The position numbers and the translations under genes are program-made. Below, piece after piece: positions 13,309-24,688 of a DNA stretch of 64,000 nt. Position 1 is the stretch's first letter. Every line of letters starts with the position of its first letter. The notes under the pieces are model-generated. The model was given only the letters and a program-made list of their open reading frames with translations. It was not told the origin of the DNA and ran no database searches. The DNA comes from Vitrella brassicaformis CCMP3155 (lineage: Eukaryota; Protista; Chromerida). The stretch is taken from contig CDMY01000307.1 in assembly GCA_001179505.1 (NCBI GenBank), forward strand, positions 62,001 to 126,000, read 5' to 3'.

Positions 13309-15489
13309 TCAGACAGAGAATCGATTCCCCTTCAAGCGGGTGAAGAACTCTTGAAGCGAGCGGAGAAACAAACCCTTTGGACGACGACGGGGGGCAGGGG
13401 TCTACATGACACGAAGCAACCATCGTTTCCTCCGCCTTGCCCTCACATCCACATCACTGCCTCATTGCCCTTACTTACCGGATCATCGGTGATGTCCTCC
13501 ACCGCTCGCCCAGCAGGAAGCTCAAAGACGTATTCCTGGAACAGCAGCCGGGCCTTGATGTCCTCGCGTGTGGTCGGGTCCTTGGGCCATTGCGGCTTGA
13601 TCAAGCCGCCTTGCGGGATGGCCCAGACGATGCGCCAGGTCTTCCTGCCATCCCCGATCGCTGGGCTTGTCCTCAAGTTGTCGATCAACGTTTGGTCGAA
13701 TCCACTGGCTGAGTAGTCGCTGTCGGCGGTCACTTTGAAGAGGTAGATAACGTCCTCAGCGCTGTCGATGTACAGCGAGTCGATGGTCGTCCACTTCTTG
13801 GACACAGGCACCCAGAAGCCAGGCTCGTGCACGTTGGCATAGGGCCTCTTCTGGTCTCTGTTGCGAGAAAACAGACGAGGCTCACTGTCCTGCTGGGTGC
13901 TGTCCAGTGATACCCGGATCACACCCCTCAGCTTGTCCTGCGGCGTCTGCATCCTTGACGCTCGAGAGCTCCTGTCCATACGTGAAACATGATGGCTGAG
14001 GGGCTCCAGAGTTATCGGGCGCCTGGTCCTTGCCAGAAACTCATGGACGAGGCCCTCAAACAGTTTTTCTTTGCCGACGATCTTTCTGGGGTCCATGATG
14101 ATGTCGAGCTCATCTTTCAGCTCCTGCTTGGTCAGCTTCCGGATGAACTCGCCGAGGATATAAGACGAGCGCCAGACGACGTTCCCAAAGGTGTAGGGGC
14201 CGTGGGTACCGGGATCGAGCGACATGAGAACGGTCTCAGGGAACTTGTCAGCTACGGCACCCCTTGGGGCTTCTCCCCTCCATCGTCGGGCGTCTTCATA
14301 CTTCATAAAGGCAACGGCGAGTTTCACATCCTTCTTGAGCGAAGACAGAGGCCGCAGGTAATCGTGAATGATACCACCCGCATAGCGGCGCTTGTTATCC
14401 ATCTGGTCGAGCCACTCGGTGCCCTCAAGGGCCTCAGAAACCTCCTCCTCAGTCCAGGTGGGCATGAGCAGATTGAGTGTGAGCTCTTTCTTGAAATCGT
14501 TGTAATTATCATGGCGCGCCGATGCAGCCAGCAAGGCGCTGCCCGGCCACGCACCAAACAGGCCACCTTCGAAGCCTGCACCACACACACACACACAACA
14601 AAAACACACAAAGAGAGAGAGAGTGTGTCACTCTCATACAGGCAGGCGTGCAGCCCCGTTCCCTCCCGCCCCGAGCTAACCGTCGATCAGTAGCCAGTCG
14701 CGCCGTAATGAGTCCAGCGGCTGCGTCTTTTGTAACTGGCGCAGCGTCTTTAGCGGGTCGAGAACGATGGCAAAGCCGTCCTTCGACAGCTCATACACGT
14801 TCTGGTCGACATTCGATGTCCTGAATGAAAACCAGAAGGAGCGGGCAGGTCACATCACGTCTGGCCGCCAGCAAATCTGTGCTCACTGACCTCTTGGAGT
14901 TGTCCACGAACCAGATCTTGAAGTTCTTGCCTCGGTGCATCTCGCCTTTCAGCACGGCCAAGAAAAAGAGAAGAAACCAAGACAAGCCGACGCCCGGTGA
15001 GCCACGCAGCAGAACGTTGAAGTACTTCCCCGTCTTCCTGTTCAAGTTATTATGCCTGTCCATAATGATCTTGGCGATGTCAACATAGGCCTTGCGGACC
15101 AACAACTTCTGCTCCTCCGTGAGTGGCAGCGTGATTGGTGCTGCCTCGAGGTTGATGGGATCCACTGACTCCCAGTATGGTTCAAGTTCGAGTCCGACCC
15201 TGAAAACCGGCGGTATGGCTTCGGCGAAGGCCTGCAAGTCAGACAGACAGACAAGACGAATGCACAGAAATACACTCATCATGCCCAGCTGTGTCGGTCA
15301 CTTACGTACCTCTCCCTCTGGCTCCTCTGCGTGAAGGGCAGTCGCCCTCTGCACGTGGCGATGAGTCGGGCGTTCCTGGCGAGCCGCCAGGGCAATCTGA
15401 AACGTGAGACGAGCCGATTGGCGCACGCCAGCCACCGTATGAGCGAGGGCAAGGCACGCAGTCAGGAGAAGGGAAAGCGCAGATGCCAT
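13309..15489 (-). CDS. Crinkler/RHS-type CR-NTPase plus restriction-endonuclease-fold protein with N-terminal signal/leader; catalytic residues degenerate
   Basis: GSPGVGLS (Walker A, K>L), WLLIDG, MPTWTEEE, LFEGLVH, FWVP...TIDSL, LFKVT. Five exons with GT-AG sites. Leader MASALSLLLTACLALAHTVAG. Confidence 0.75.
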
Positions 15490-16196
15490 AGCTCTGACCT
15501 CTGAATGCAGAGAAAGCGCACAACACGACATCTGGCATGAGATGTCATTCATCGAGGCGCAGATCTCCTCACCAATTGCGTCCACCCAGAACGACACGGC
15601 GACGACGCCGATGAGTGAAAGAACCACGTGAGGGAAGGGAGGAGATGGGAGGCGAGCCGACGTACAACTGACTGTGATCTAGGGTTTTTGAAGGGTTGAG
15701 GGTTCGGGCCACAAAGAGTGACGAAAGGGGACACGTGAAGCATGGGACTGCTTGTGAGTCAGCAGCACACACAAGCATCGACCCGTCCACCCACCGACGG
15801 CATGCCTTCCTTGCACTGCACCACATTGCTGAGTGCATTCATTGTGTGTATGTCTGCAGCAGCAGCAGTTAGGCAGGCTAACCACTCCCCCCTCCCTCTC
15901 CCTTGCTTGATCTCCCTCTGGCTGGGATCAGATCCCCCGTTTTACTCTCTCTGCCTCTCTCTCTCTCTGCCTTTCGACTGTACACCCCCGTCAGTCAGCC
16001 CATTAGTCAAGCCATCAATGATACACCACAGCAGCACAGCAGAGAAAGAGAGACCCGCCTCCCTCCCATACCCATTCACCCACCAACAGACACAGCAAGC
16101 ACCTCTCACCCACCACACAGGCCAGGCCTCTGCTATCCACTGACTCATCTAGCCATACATATTCCAAACTCGTCCCTCTCTCTCTCTCTGTCTCTT

Positions 16197-17875
16197 TCAC
16201 TCGGATCTTCGTTGCTGCTGCTGCTGTTTCTGCTGCTCTGGCTGCGCTACACGCCCTCCGCTCTCTCCGCTGCTGCTGCTACCGCTATCACTAGCCGGCT
16301 CTACGTACGCCCGGGGCAGCTTCTGCACACCTGCACAACAGATGGACCACACACATGGCATGGGGTGGGGTAGGTAGGACAGGACACAACCACACAAACC
16401 AGAGCGTAGGTGTTTGGACATTATGCGTACCCATGTGCAGGTCAAACAAAGGTGGGAACTCCTCCCATGGCCGCGTCGAAAAGTACCGAGGCGACCTCTG
16501 CTGCACACTGCCGCCAGCCTTCGCACTACCCTTGGGGCGTTCCTCCGGTCTCCTGTCCTTGTGCCCCTTGGTGTTGGTCTGCTGCTGCTCGGCTGTTTGT
16601 GTCTGTGCGCGTGTGGTGGGCTCGGCGAATGGCGGCCTGAGTGGTCCTGGTGGGTCGCTCGGTATGACGGCTGAGACCTTCTTGTGGTTGTTAGCGGCTT
16701 CCACCAACAACTTGTCTACTGCTGATGGGTCGTCTGCAACAGGCATCCAACACATGCGGATGAGTATGTGTGTGTATCTGTGTCACATGTATGTATGTGG
16801 CGCATTTCATGCCTGGGTGCGTAGGCTGCTTAGCTTAGCTTACCGTCTAGGTCGTATTTCTGCTGCTTCTGTTGTCGCCATGGCGGCGTCCCATATGGAT
16901 CCCCTGGGGACACGCACAGCATACACACAACAGATGCATCCACGCTTCTCTGTGTGTGTGTGTGTGTGTGTGGCGCTGTTTGTGTGCTGACCCCATGGAT
17001 CATCGTTAGGCCGTTGTGGGATGGGGATGGGGATCGGCACGGGCTGGGGATTCTGTGACAAACCACACACACACACACACACACACACACGCGTGTTGAA
17101 TACCACACTGCTTGCTGTGTCCAAAGGGGTCTTTGTGGGTATGTGGGCAGTCAGTCCTTACCTGCGGCCAGGGGACGGGGATGAACCACCCATCGTCTGC
17201 ACACAGACCAGCCAGCCAACCGCAAACACGTGCAGACATCACATCAATCAGTGGATGGGCAGGCAGGCAGCACATTCATCAGTCAGGTGCACACACACCA
17301 TCATCATCGCCGGGGAAGGGCAACACATCCGGCCACCTGCAGACACAGCAGACCATCACACAAATGACAAGTAAGCGTGTCATGAACGAATATGTGGGCT
17401 TCGGTGCCTTGTGTATACCATGATGGCCGCTCCATGGTGTCAGGATCCCTCAGCGCCCGTGCGTAAGTGTCCCTCACGAGGGCGCTCAGCTGGTCGTCGC
17501 TCTCATACACCAAGTAGGACGGCACCGTCCAGTCGGGCCAATAAAATGAAGAAGAAGAAGACACCTCACGTCCACGTGACCCCCGCTGCTCGGCCGCGGC
17601 TCTCTTGACCGATGCTGCTCGCCTGCAATCCCAACACACACACACACGCACAACATGCGCCTTCACCTCAGTGGTGCATATCGGCTTGTCTGTGTGGGTG
17701 TAGTGTACCTGGTTCGTGTGTGTCTGATCCTGCTGTGTGGATGCCAGCTGCTTCGCAGCGGCAATGTGCGAAAGAAGGTGGGTTTGTTGGTGCTGTCGGT
17801 GGTGGTGGTTGTGGTGCTGGTGAAGGCGAGCACGCAGGGGAGCAAGGACACGGGAATGATCAACAGGGCCTCCAT
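16197..17875 (-). CDS. Hypothetical protein with signal peptide and transit-peptide-like leader (probably plastid)
   Basis: MEALLIIPVSLLPCVLAF followed by a Ser/Thr/Arg-rich stretch. About 7 GT-AG exons with W/P/D-rich segments (FYWPDWTVPSY, DDGWFIPVPWPQ, YFSTRPWEEFPPLFDL). Confidence 0.6.
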
Positions 17876-18271
17876 GGCCTGAATGGCACCCGCGGTCGGC
17901 AATCACGGCTGCTCTGCGGACAGCAACAACAGCGACAGAATACAGAGGATTGTCAATCGATGCCTTTTCGCGCTTGTCGCCGCCTGCTCATCTGACCTGC
18001 TCTCGCTCTGCGAAATGGCCCTAGCTCGTTTGATCTTCCCTTGCCGGCTAAGCTCGCAGACGCCTGAGCTCGCAAAAGGGAGAGAAAAAGGAGGCGAATC
18101 GGGGAGGTGGTCGAGTGAGGAGGTGCCTGTGTGTGTAGGCCACACTGCAAGATCTTGGTGCTGCTTGCCGTCGTCGATTGTCCATTGCGAAGTAAGCTTA
18201 CGAGGCATTGCGGCGAGAGATCATTCATTCTGCGTGTGTGTGTGTGTGTGCTGCTTCGCTTTGGATGCAGA

Positions 18272-19381
18272 ATGAGTCATGAGGAGGGCCAGAATGGCCC
18301 GACTGCATCGACTGCGTCCGACTCGTTGGCAGCCGTTGATGATGCGGAAGATCCCCTCACGCAGGCAATGAAGACTCTCACCGATGCCTACTGGGTACAC
18401 AGAGAGAAAGGAAAGAGGCTCACCCACTCAGTCATGCTCGCACAGACCCACATCAATGAGTGGATGGATGGATGGATGTAGGTGTATCCGACGTCGCGGC
18501 CTCTGAGGGATCTGAAGAACCTGCCCAAGTCCAAGAGGAAGAAACCAACTGCAGCCACCACAGATGCCGACGGCAGACAGAGAGAGAGGTGCCCCCCACA
18601 CACACCGCACATCAACACAACAACGTATTAGTCATTTGTGTGTCGGTCGGTTGATTTGCTGTGTCCCTCATTGGCTGCAAGGATCAGTGTGTCGTCCGGC
18701 CCTCCCCCCGGCCCCCTGGAAGCGATGCACATGTACGCCCCGGCACTGAGCCAGCAGATGGCCACAGACCAGTCACGGCGGGAGAACCAACACACAACTG
18801 CCACCGCCGCCCCACCGAGTCAAGAGCAGCAGCAGCAGCAGGCACCCGAGCTAGCGTCACATCAGCCCTACCAGCAATCCTCGTTGCTCGCGCCCCCCTT
18901 GGTGCTATCGCCGGCTTTGCTGCGCGAGAACCCTTCCCTTTTGGCTCAGGTGAGGGCCGTCGTGCGGCAAGCAGAGGAGGGGCACCAATCAGACGAGCAG
19001 CAAGAGGGCGGCCACGCCGCTGCTGCTGCCGCCGCTGGTGGTGGTGGTGGTGTGGGTTCGTCGGCATCTGTGGTGCTGGACGTCGGTGAGTGCTCTCTCT
19101 TTCGACGCACATGTGACACATCGCATACGGCTGCCATGGTGCTCTCTGCCTATGAGTGTGTGTGTAGGTGTGAGCGGGATGGAGGGGCTGCTGTCGTCAT
19201 GGTACTACGCAGGCTACTACACTGGCAGACACGCGGTCAGTGAGAAGGATAACGAGGGAGGGAGGGAGGGAAAGAGCGAACATTGTGGATGGATGGATGG
19301 ATGGGTGGCATGCAGGCGTATCAGGAGATGCAGCAGGCGTGGCAAATGCAGGCCGCAGAGCAGAGGAAGACTGACACGTGA
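18272..19381 (+). CDS. SMN: SMN (survival motor neuron)-like protein without a recognisable Tudor domain
   Basis: C-terminal YG box EGLLSSWYYAGYYTGRH (~19180-19235). Weak N-terminal DD..L..AY-like helix. Low-complexity middle. Confidence 0.7.
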
Positions 19382-19864
19382 GCGTATCGACCTGACCTGA
19401 CCCAGTCAGGTCACGTGTGTGTACATATATATCCGGTGCAATGGACGCTTGACGGACTCATTGTTACAATTAGTGACATCTCCCGGCTTGGCTGTCAGTG
19501 CATCCATGCGTACAATGATTGGCGTAAAAGGTATAGACTATCGTATCACGCCTTTGGTTTGGGAAAGGCAGCATGGATACGTCAACACACACACACACAC
19601 ACACGTACGTCAGTCCATCAGTCTCTCAAAATGGCTGGTTGCCATCTGCTGGGATGGCCAGACGGACAGACAGACCATCATACAGACACGAGAAATAAAT
19701 GAAGCCGTCTGCAGCAGCCAGCCGTCCTGGGGCATGAGAAATCAGTCAGTGGGTCATGTGCTCCAACATCAACACACAAAAAGTTGAAAGCGCACAGCAT
19801 AGCTCTCTGTCCGTGCGTCTGCAGGTTCCCGTCTGCACTGCTGTGGCCGGGCTGACATGCACCC

Positions 19865-22310
19865 TCACTCGTCCTCAGCAATTGTGCTGCTGCCGCCGCC
19901 GTCCCCCTTTGCCCGCTTGTGCGGCCTCTCCGCCTCTCCATCGTCGCCACTTGATGCCGATGATGCGGCCGCCTTGCGCTTCTCGCCACGACTGATACCA
20001 GCACCACCAGCGGCTGCAGCAGGGGATTCACGCGATGACGACACGCCCACAGCCGCAGCGGGCACACCAGCAGACACCTGAACACATAACATGGCCTCTG
20101 TGTGTCGTTGATATGACATTGCTGCGTTACCTGTGTGGTGTGGCCGGCGATCTCTGCCAGCTCCTTGCTGAGGGCCGATTGAGCGTCGGTGAGGGTGTCC
20201 AGAATGGACGACAGGCTGCCGGCCAGCAAGGCACCATCCTGCAGGACACAGAGAGAAAAGTGAGTGCCGCTGCTCGCCTGTGTGTCTAGTGTTCTGTGCG
20301 CACCTCTGTATTGTCGGTATGTGTGGCTATGATGTTGTCTGCCCGCTCCAGGTCCGACGCTAGCTGAGGCACGAGCTGCAAGCCATACCAACACAGCGAA
20401 TGTCGCTCCTTGCTGCATGTCATCTGTAGACCCCTCTTCTCTCCCCTTACCGAACGCATCGAACGTATCTTCTGCAGAAGGTCACTAGAAGAGCCGCCGC
20501 CGCCACCCTGCCCATCTGCACCACACAATCAGGACACACAAGGCATGACAGATGAAAGCTGTCCATTAGTCGCATGTGTGTGGTGACCTGCAGGGGCAGC
20601 CGGGCCGTCCCCGCTGTCTATGTCCATCAAATCGCCGCCTGCAGTGGTGGACGAGGAGAGACAGGACTGTTCTAGTGCCCTTGTGTGGCGTGTTGGTGTG
20701 TACCATTGTGTTGCGAAGTGTAACCCACCGCCGCACCTGCAGCGGCAGACGATGAGGCGGCGGCAGCAGCAGCAGGACCTACAGACAACCACACACACTG
20801 ACCCGTTCATAGCTCATGCGTGTGCCGCCCCAGATTGTGCTTGCCTGCGGTCTGCCCGCCACCCTGACCACCACCAGCACCACCAGCAGCTGGGGGCAGG
20901 GCTACGTCTAGCTGGTTGCCGAACACCATCACGGGGTCGGCGGCTCTCATCACCTCCCGCACCACCGTCACTGTCTGGGGGAACCTGGCGGCTCCGACCC
21001 CCATCACCGGACGCTCCGTCGTGTAGAGGTGGACGGCGGCAAAGGTGCTGTAGCTGGTGATGCTGATGTGGGCCTCAAATTGGTGGCCTGGCTGGTCGCC
21101 GTGCAGCACTATCACGCGGTAGAAGTCTTCTAGTGCTGCCCGGTGGATGGTGCTGATAGTGCGGCAGTCCCATATGGGCGGCGGCTGACTGGCGAGATCC
21201 CGCTGAAGCGAAAAGGGACATATGACAATGAGTCAGTGGGACAGCTGGTGAGGTGCTTTGTGTGTGGCTGACCAGCTGGTTGTGGCGTGGGGCATCGTTG
21301 CGCCGGTGGACACCCTGGTACGCGACCTCAGACCCTCTATGCTGCATCCTGATCAGACACATCATGGCAGAGCGGTGCAGCCAATGTGGCGGTGTGTTTG
21401 TGTGTGTCACTCTGCTCATCTCTCTCACCGATACAACACAGCGTCGCGAACTGAAGCATACTCATACTCTGCAAACAGCAATACACCAAACACACACACA
21501 CACACACACAATCCGATGACCCTGCCGCCCTCACCGTCAATCGCACACACGGGGTCCGTTGCCCATTGCCCATAGCTCTCCCCTCCCGCCCCCCTCACCA
21601 TAATACTCACACACACACAGACGGGGTTGGCTGGGTCGTATCTCTCGCGGAAGGGGTGGTTGGCCGGCAGCGTCTGCAGGGTGTGGATGGTCAGCCGATG
21701 CACATCCAGCCGCTCCTCGCCGTCGAGGCGCTCGAGCTCCATGTTGAGATGGCGCTGGATGAGTGAGAGCTGCCGCAGCGCCTCACACCGCCCGTTGACC
21801 ACCGCCCGGCTGCCCACCCCCTCCACATCAGCACTGGTCAGCTCTATCGGCAACTGCCCGCCTCCCCGCCCCTGATGCACAGCCACCCTGATGATGCGCA
21901 CCGTCGCCGCCCAGTCGCCGCTTTTGTCGATGATGTACAGGAGCCGCTGCAGCAGATCGAGGGATGGCAGGTCATAGCTGATGACGTCCTTGAGGCCCTT
22001 GCCGGTGAGCTGCGTGTCGATTTGGGATTTGAGGAGGTCCGCGTCCACATGCTGTCTGCCGTGTTTGCACGTGCGGCGGAGGCGGGCGAGGCCGATGGAC
22101 AGATCTGCGCCGAGGAAGGGGAAGATCTCGTTGTCCACCTCTGGAGGCAGATCAAACAGGCGAACGCGCTGGTCCTCCTGCAAGCGAATAACGGAGCGAA
22201 AGAGACAGAGTGATTCACTGCATCGCTATGTGCTGTGCACACACGTGTACCTGTGGCTGAGGCAAAGGGGCAGCAGCCGATGACGCTGCTGACGGCGCTG
22301 CCTGGCCCAT
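19865..22310 (-). CDS. Lineage-specific F-box-like family protein, copy 2
   Basis: Exon 1 MGQAAPSAASSAAAPLPQPQ splices directly to EDQRVRLFDLPPEVDNEIFPFLG. Same core as copies 1 and 3. Long C-terminal exons end DGGGSSTIAEDE*. Confidence 0.8.
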
Positions 22311-22393
22311 CGTCACTCAGGCGCCCGAAGAGAAGCATGCAGACGCTCTATGGGATTCGCTGGCTCTCGTTCGAATGCTCACCAGCTGGCCTC

Positions 22394-22713
22394 TGTTGAG
22401 AAACCAATCAGGCTATAGCCAAGGTTATCCATCTGCGGGCCGACACATCATTTCCTCAACACCCCCCTTCGGACCGCAGAGCTAGGGTGCCCCCCTTTCC
22501 GCCTCTGCCTTTTCAAGGTTCCCAGTGTTGCCTCCAGGAATCCAACTCGCGACCCCTCCGCAGCGCTCAGCAGGATTGTTCTCCGCCCGGTTTGACCCCT
22601 TAAGGGTGTCAACCGGGGTTCGAACCGAGGTCAGTGGGCTCATAACCTGTTGAGAAACCAATCAGGCTATAGCCGAGGTTATCCATGCGGGCCGACATAT
22701 CGTTTCCTCAACA
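22394..22713 (-). mobile_element. TRIM: 320-bp non-autonomous LTR retroelement of the copia/Ty5 half-tRNA-primed type
   Basis: LTRs at 22394-22461 and 22648-22713 (TGTTGAG...CTCAACA). TSD GCCTC at 22389-22393 and 22714-22718. PBS GGTTATGAGCCCAC abuts the 5' LTR on the minus strand. PPT GAAGGGGGG abuts the 3' LTR. Confidence 0.93.
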
Positions 22714-22962
22714 GCCTCACTCTCAGCGCTCCATCTTTCTTTAGCTCGCGCATGCGCGCGATCCATCAATCTGAGGAGGCCTTGCGTTTGAGCAGGGTCA
22801 GTGCGGTGAAGGACACGCCTTACGGCTCAGACCGGCTATCTGAGTTCGAGGGAGGTATCATAATCCCTCAGGCCTTGGCCAGGTTTCCCATCGCGAAATC
22901 TCGACGATCCGCCAGCGCTGAGTTGGTCGCCCGACTCCCTCTCTCCATTCGGCACTGCGACG

Positions 22963-24148
22963 ATGTCGTGTCTGATCTTCGGTTGCCGCGGCATTGGGCG
23001 TGCGTTGGCCATGCGGATGAGCGCCAGGGGCGTCCCGGTGCATCTGGCGTCCAGGAGCGAAGATCACCTCAAGCAGTTGGCCTCAGAGCTCCCAAACACG
23101 ACGTATACGGTGTGCGACGTCACCAAGGTGAGGAACAAACATGGCAGAGAGCGGGCACGGAGCTGTCTTTCTGTATGCTGTCTTCCCTGTGTTGTGTGCG
23201 CGTGGATGCAGGAAGGTGACATCAAGAGGGCGTATGAGGAGGCGAATGACCAGGCAGGCGCCATCCAGGGACTCGCCTATGCCGTTGGTCGGTAGCCGGC
23301 TCTCATACAACACTCGTCTATCCATCTGTCTGAGTCTGTCTGTGTGCAGGTTCGATAGTCCTGAAGCCCTACAAGTCGGTGACGCGCAAGGATCTCATGC
23401 AGACCTTCGAACTCAACGCCGCATGTGCCATCGAAGCCGCCACCACATGCGCACCCACGTGAGACGACAGAGCAACGCGAACCAAGACACTCCCATGTGT
23501 CCATCGAGATGTGTCCTGTATGTGTGCAGCCTGAAGGATAGCGGTGGGTCGATTGTGCTGTTCTCCACCGTTGCGTGTCACGTGGGGCTTCCCAACCACA
23601 CCATCATCGCCGCCGCCAAGGGTACACGGACACACACATATGGCACATGGCACAGGAATGTGCTCATCGGTTGACACCTGCAGGTGCTGTGGAGTCGGCT
23701 ACTCGCAGCCTGGCGGTGGACCTGGCGCCAGACGTGCGCGTCAACTGCATCGCACCCTCACTCACACGGTTACACATACACAGTGGGTGTATACGCGTTG
23801 CCTGGACGCTTCTCCCTGGTGTGTGTGCAGGTCGTCCCTATCAGCGAGCATGACCAAGAGTGAGGCGATGGCCAACGCCATCGCCGCCATACACCCGCTG
23901 GGCAGGATCGGCGAGCCTGACGACATCGCGTCACTGGCCGCCTTCCTGCTTACCAACGAGGACAGCGGCTGGATCACCGGACAGGTCAACGACACAGATG
24001 AACAGCGTTGCATTATGTGCTAGAATACTTACGGGCGATGTGTGTGTGGATGGATGGATGGATGGATGGATGGATGGATCAGGTGATTGGTGTGGATGGC
24101 GGGCGGAGCACTCTGTCACCTGCAGCGCCGGCTAAAGCGAAGAAATGA
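22963..24148 (+). CDS. Short-chain dehydrogenase/reductase, atypical bacterial-like subgroup
   Basis: IFGCRGIG Rossmann motif, GSIVLFST, NHTIIAAAKGAVE (no catalytic Tyr), VRVNCIAPSLT, HPLGRIGEPDDIA, WITGQVIGVDGG. Confidence 0.88.
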
Positions 24149-24349
24149 GGCGGCTCTGTCGGCGTGAGCGTGCTCGAGGGTCCCCCGCTGTTGTGGATAG
24201 ATAGGAGTGACCTTACCTTTCTCGTGTATGCCCTAGCTATGTAGCTGTAGCAGGTGTGCTTTCATCGGTCGCAGACCACAGTGACTCTCCTTCGCTCCTC
24301 GATATGCTATGCTTGGTTGTATGTACATACGTCTGCGCATGCTCAAGAA

Positions 24350-24456
24350 CATCAGCGAGAGCGTCTGCTTTTGGTCAAGAACATCCCAAGACTCGAACTC
24401 GAGCTGGGTTTCGAGTCTGGGATGTTCTTGGCAATGAGCAGACGCTCTCGCTGATG
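24350..24456. other. ~107-nt near-perfect hairpin between two convergent genes
   Basis: Arms of ~47 nt: 20-bp, 12-bp and 9-bp perfect stems, one internal loop, one bulge and a 12-nt terminal loop. Confidence 0.85.
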
Positions 24457-24688
24457 CAGGAACCGGGGATCACACACACGCATACGTGAATGATGCCCTC
24501 CTACTGACGGCTCGCATCCAACCAATATGCGGCCGTAATGAACGTCACGTGAACCACCAAATGCGCACACCACACCGCGCACACACGTGCTGTTCCATCG
24601 ATAGGCTCCAGCTCCTAACACACCGGCCAAAAAAAGCATTCACATCTCGGTCTGTACATCATTTAGCATGGGGTGGGTTGGCCATCAA

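Noticed and set aside
13205-15990. Similar ACCACTCCCC...CTCTGCCTCTCT...TTTCGACT motifs at ~13207 and ~15881 flanking the Crinkler-like gene
   Set aside because: Short, low-complexity and without TSD or termini, so insufficient to call LTRs or a mobile unit.
22394-22461. C/D snoRNA or RNase P CR-V reading of the 68-bp repeat (TGATG...CTGA with terminal stem)
   Set aside because: The C box is not kept in the second copy and there is no P4 partner. TG..CA ends, TSD, PBS and PPT explain it as an LTR.
22600-22650. tRNA-like pieces: GGTTCGAACC T-loop and GGGCTCATAACC Met anticodon loop
   Set aside because: Order and pairing give no cloverleaf, normal or permuted. The anticodon match is explained as the TRIM primer-binding site.
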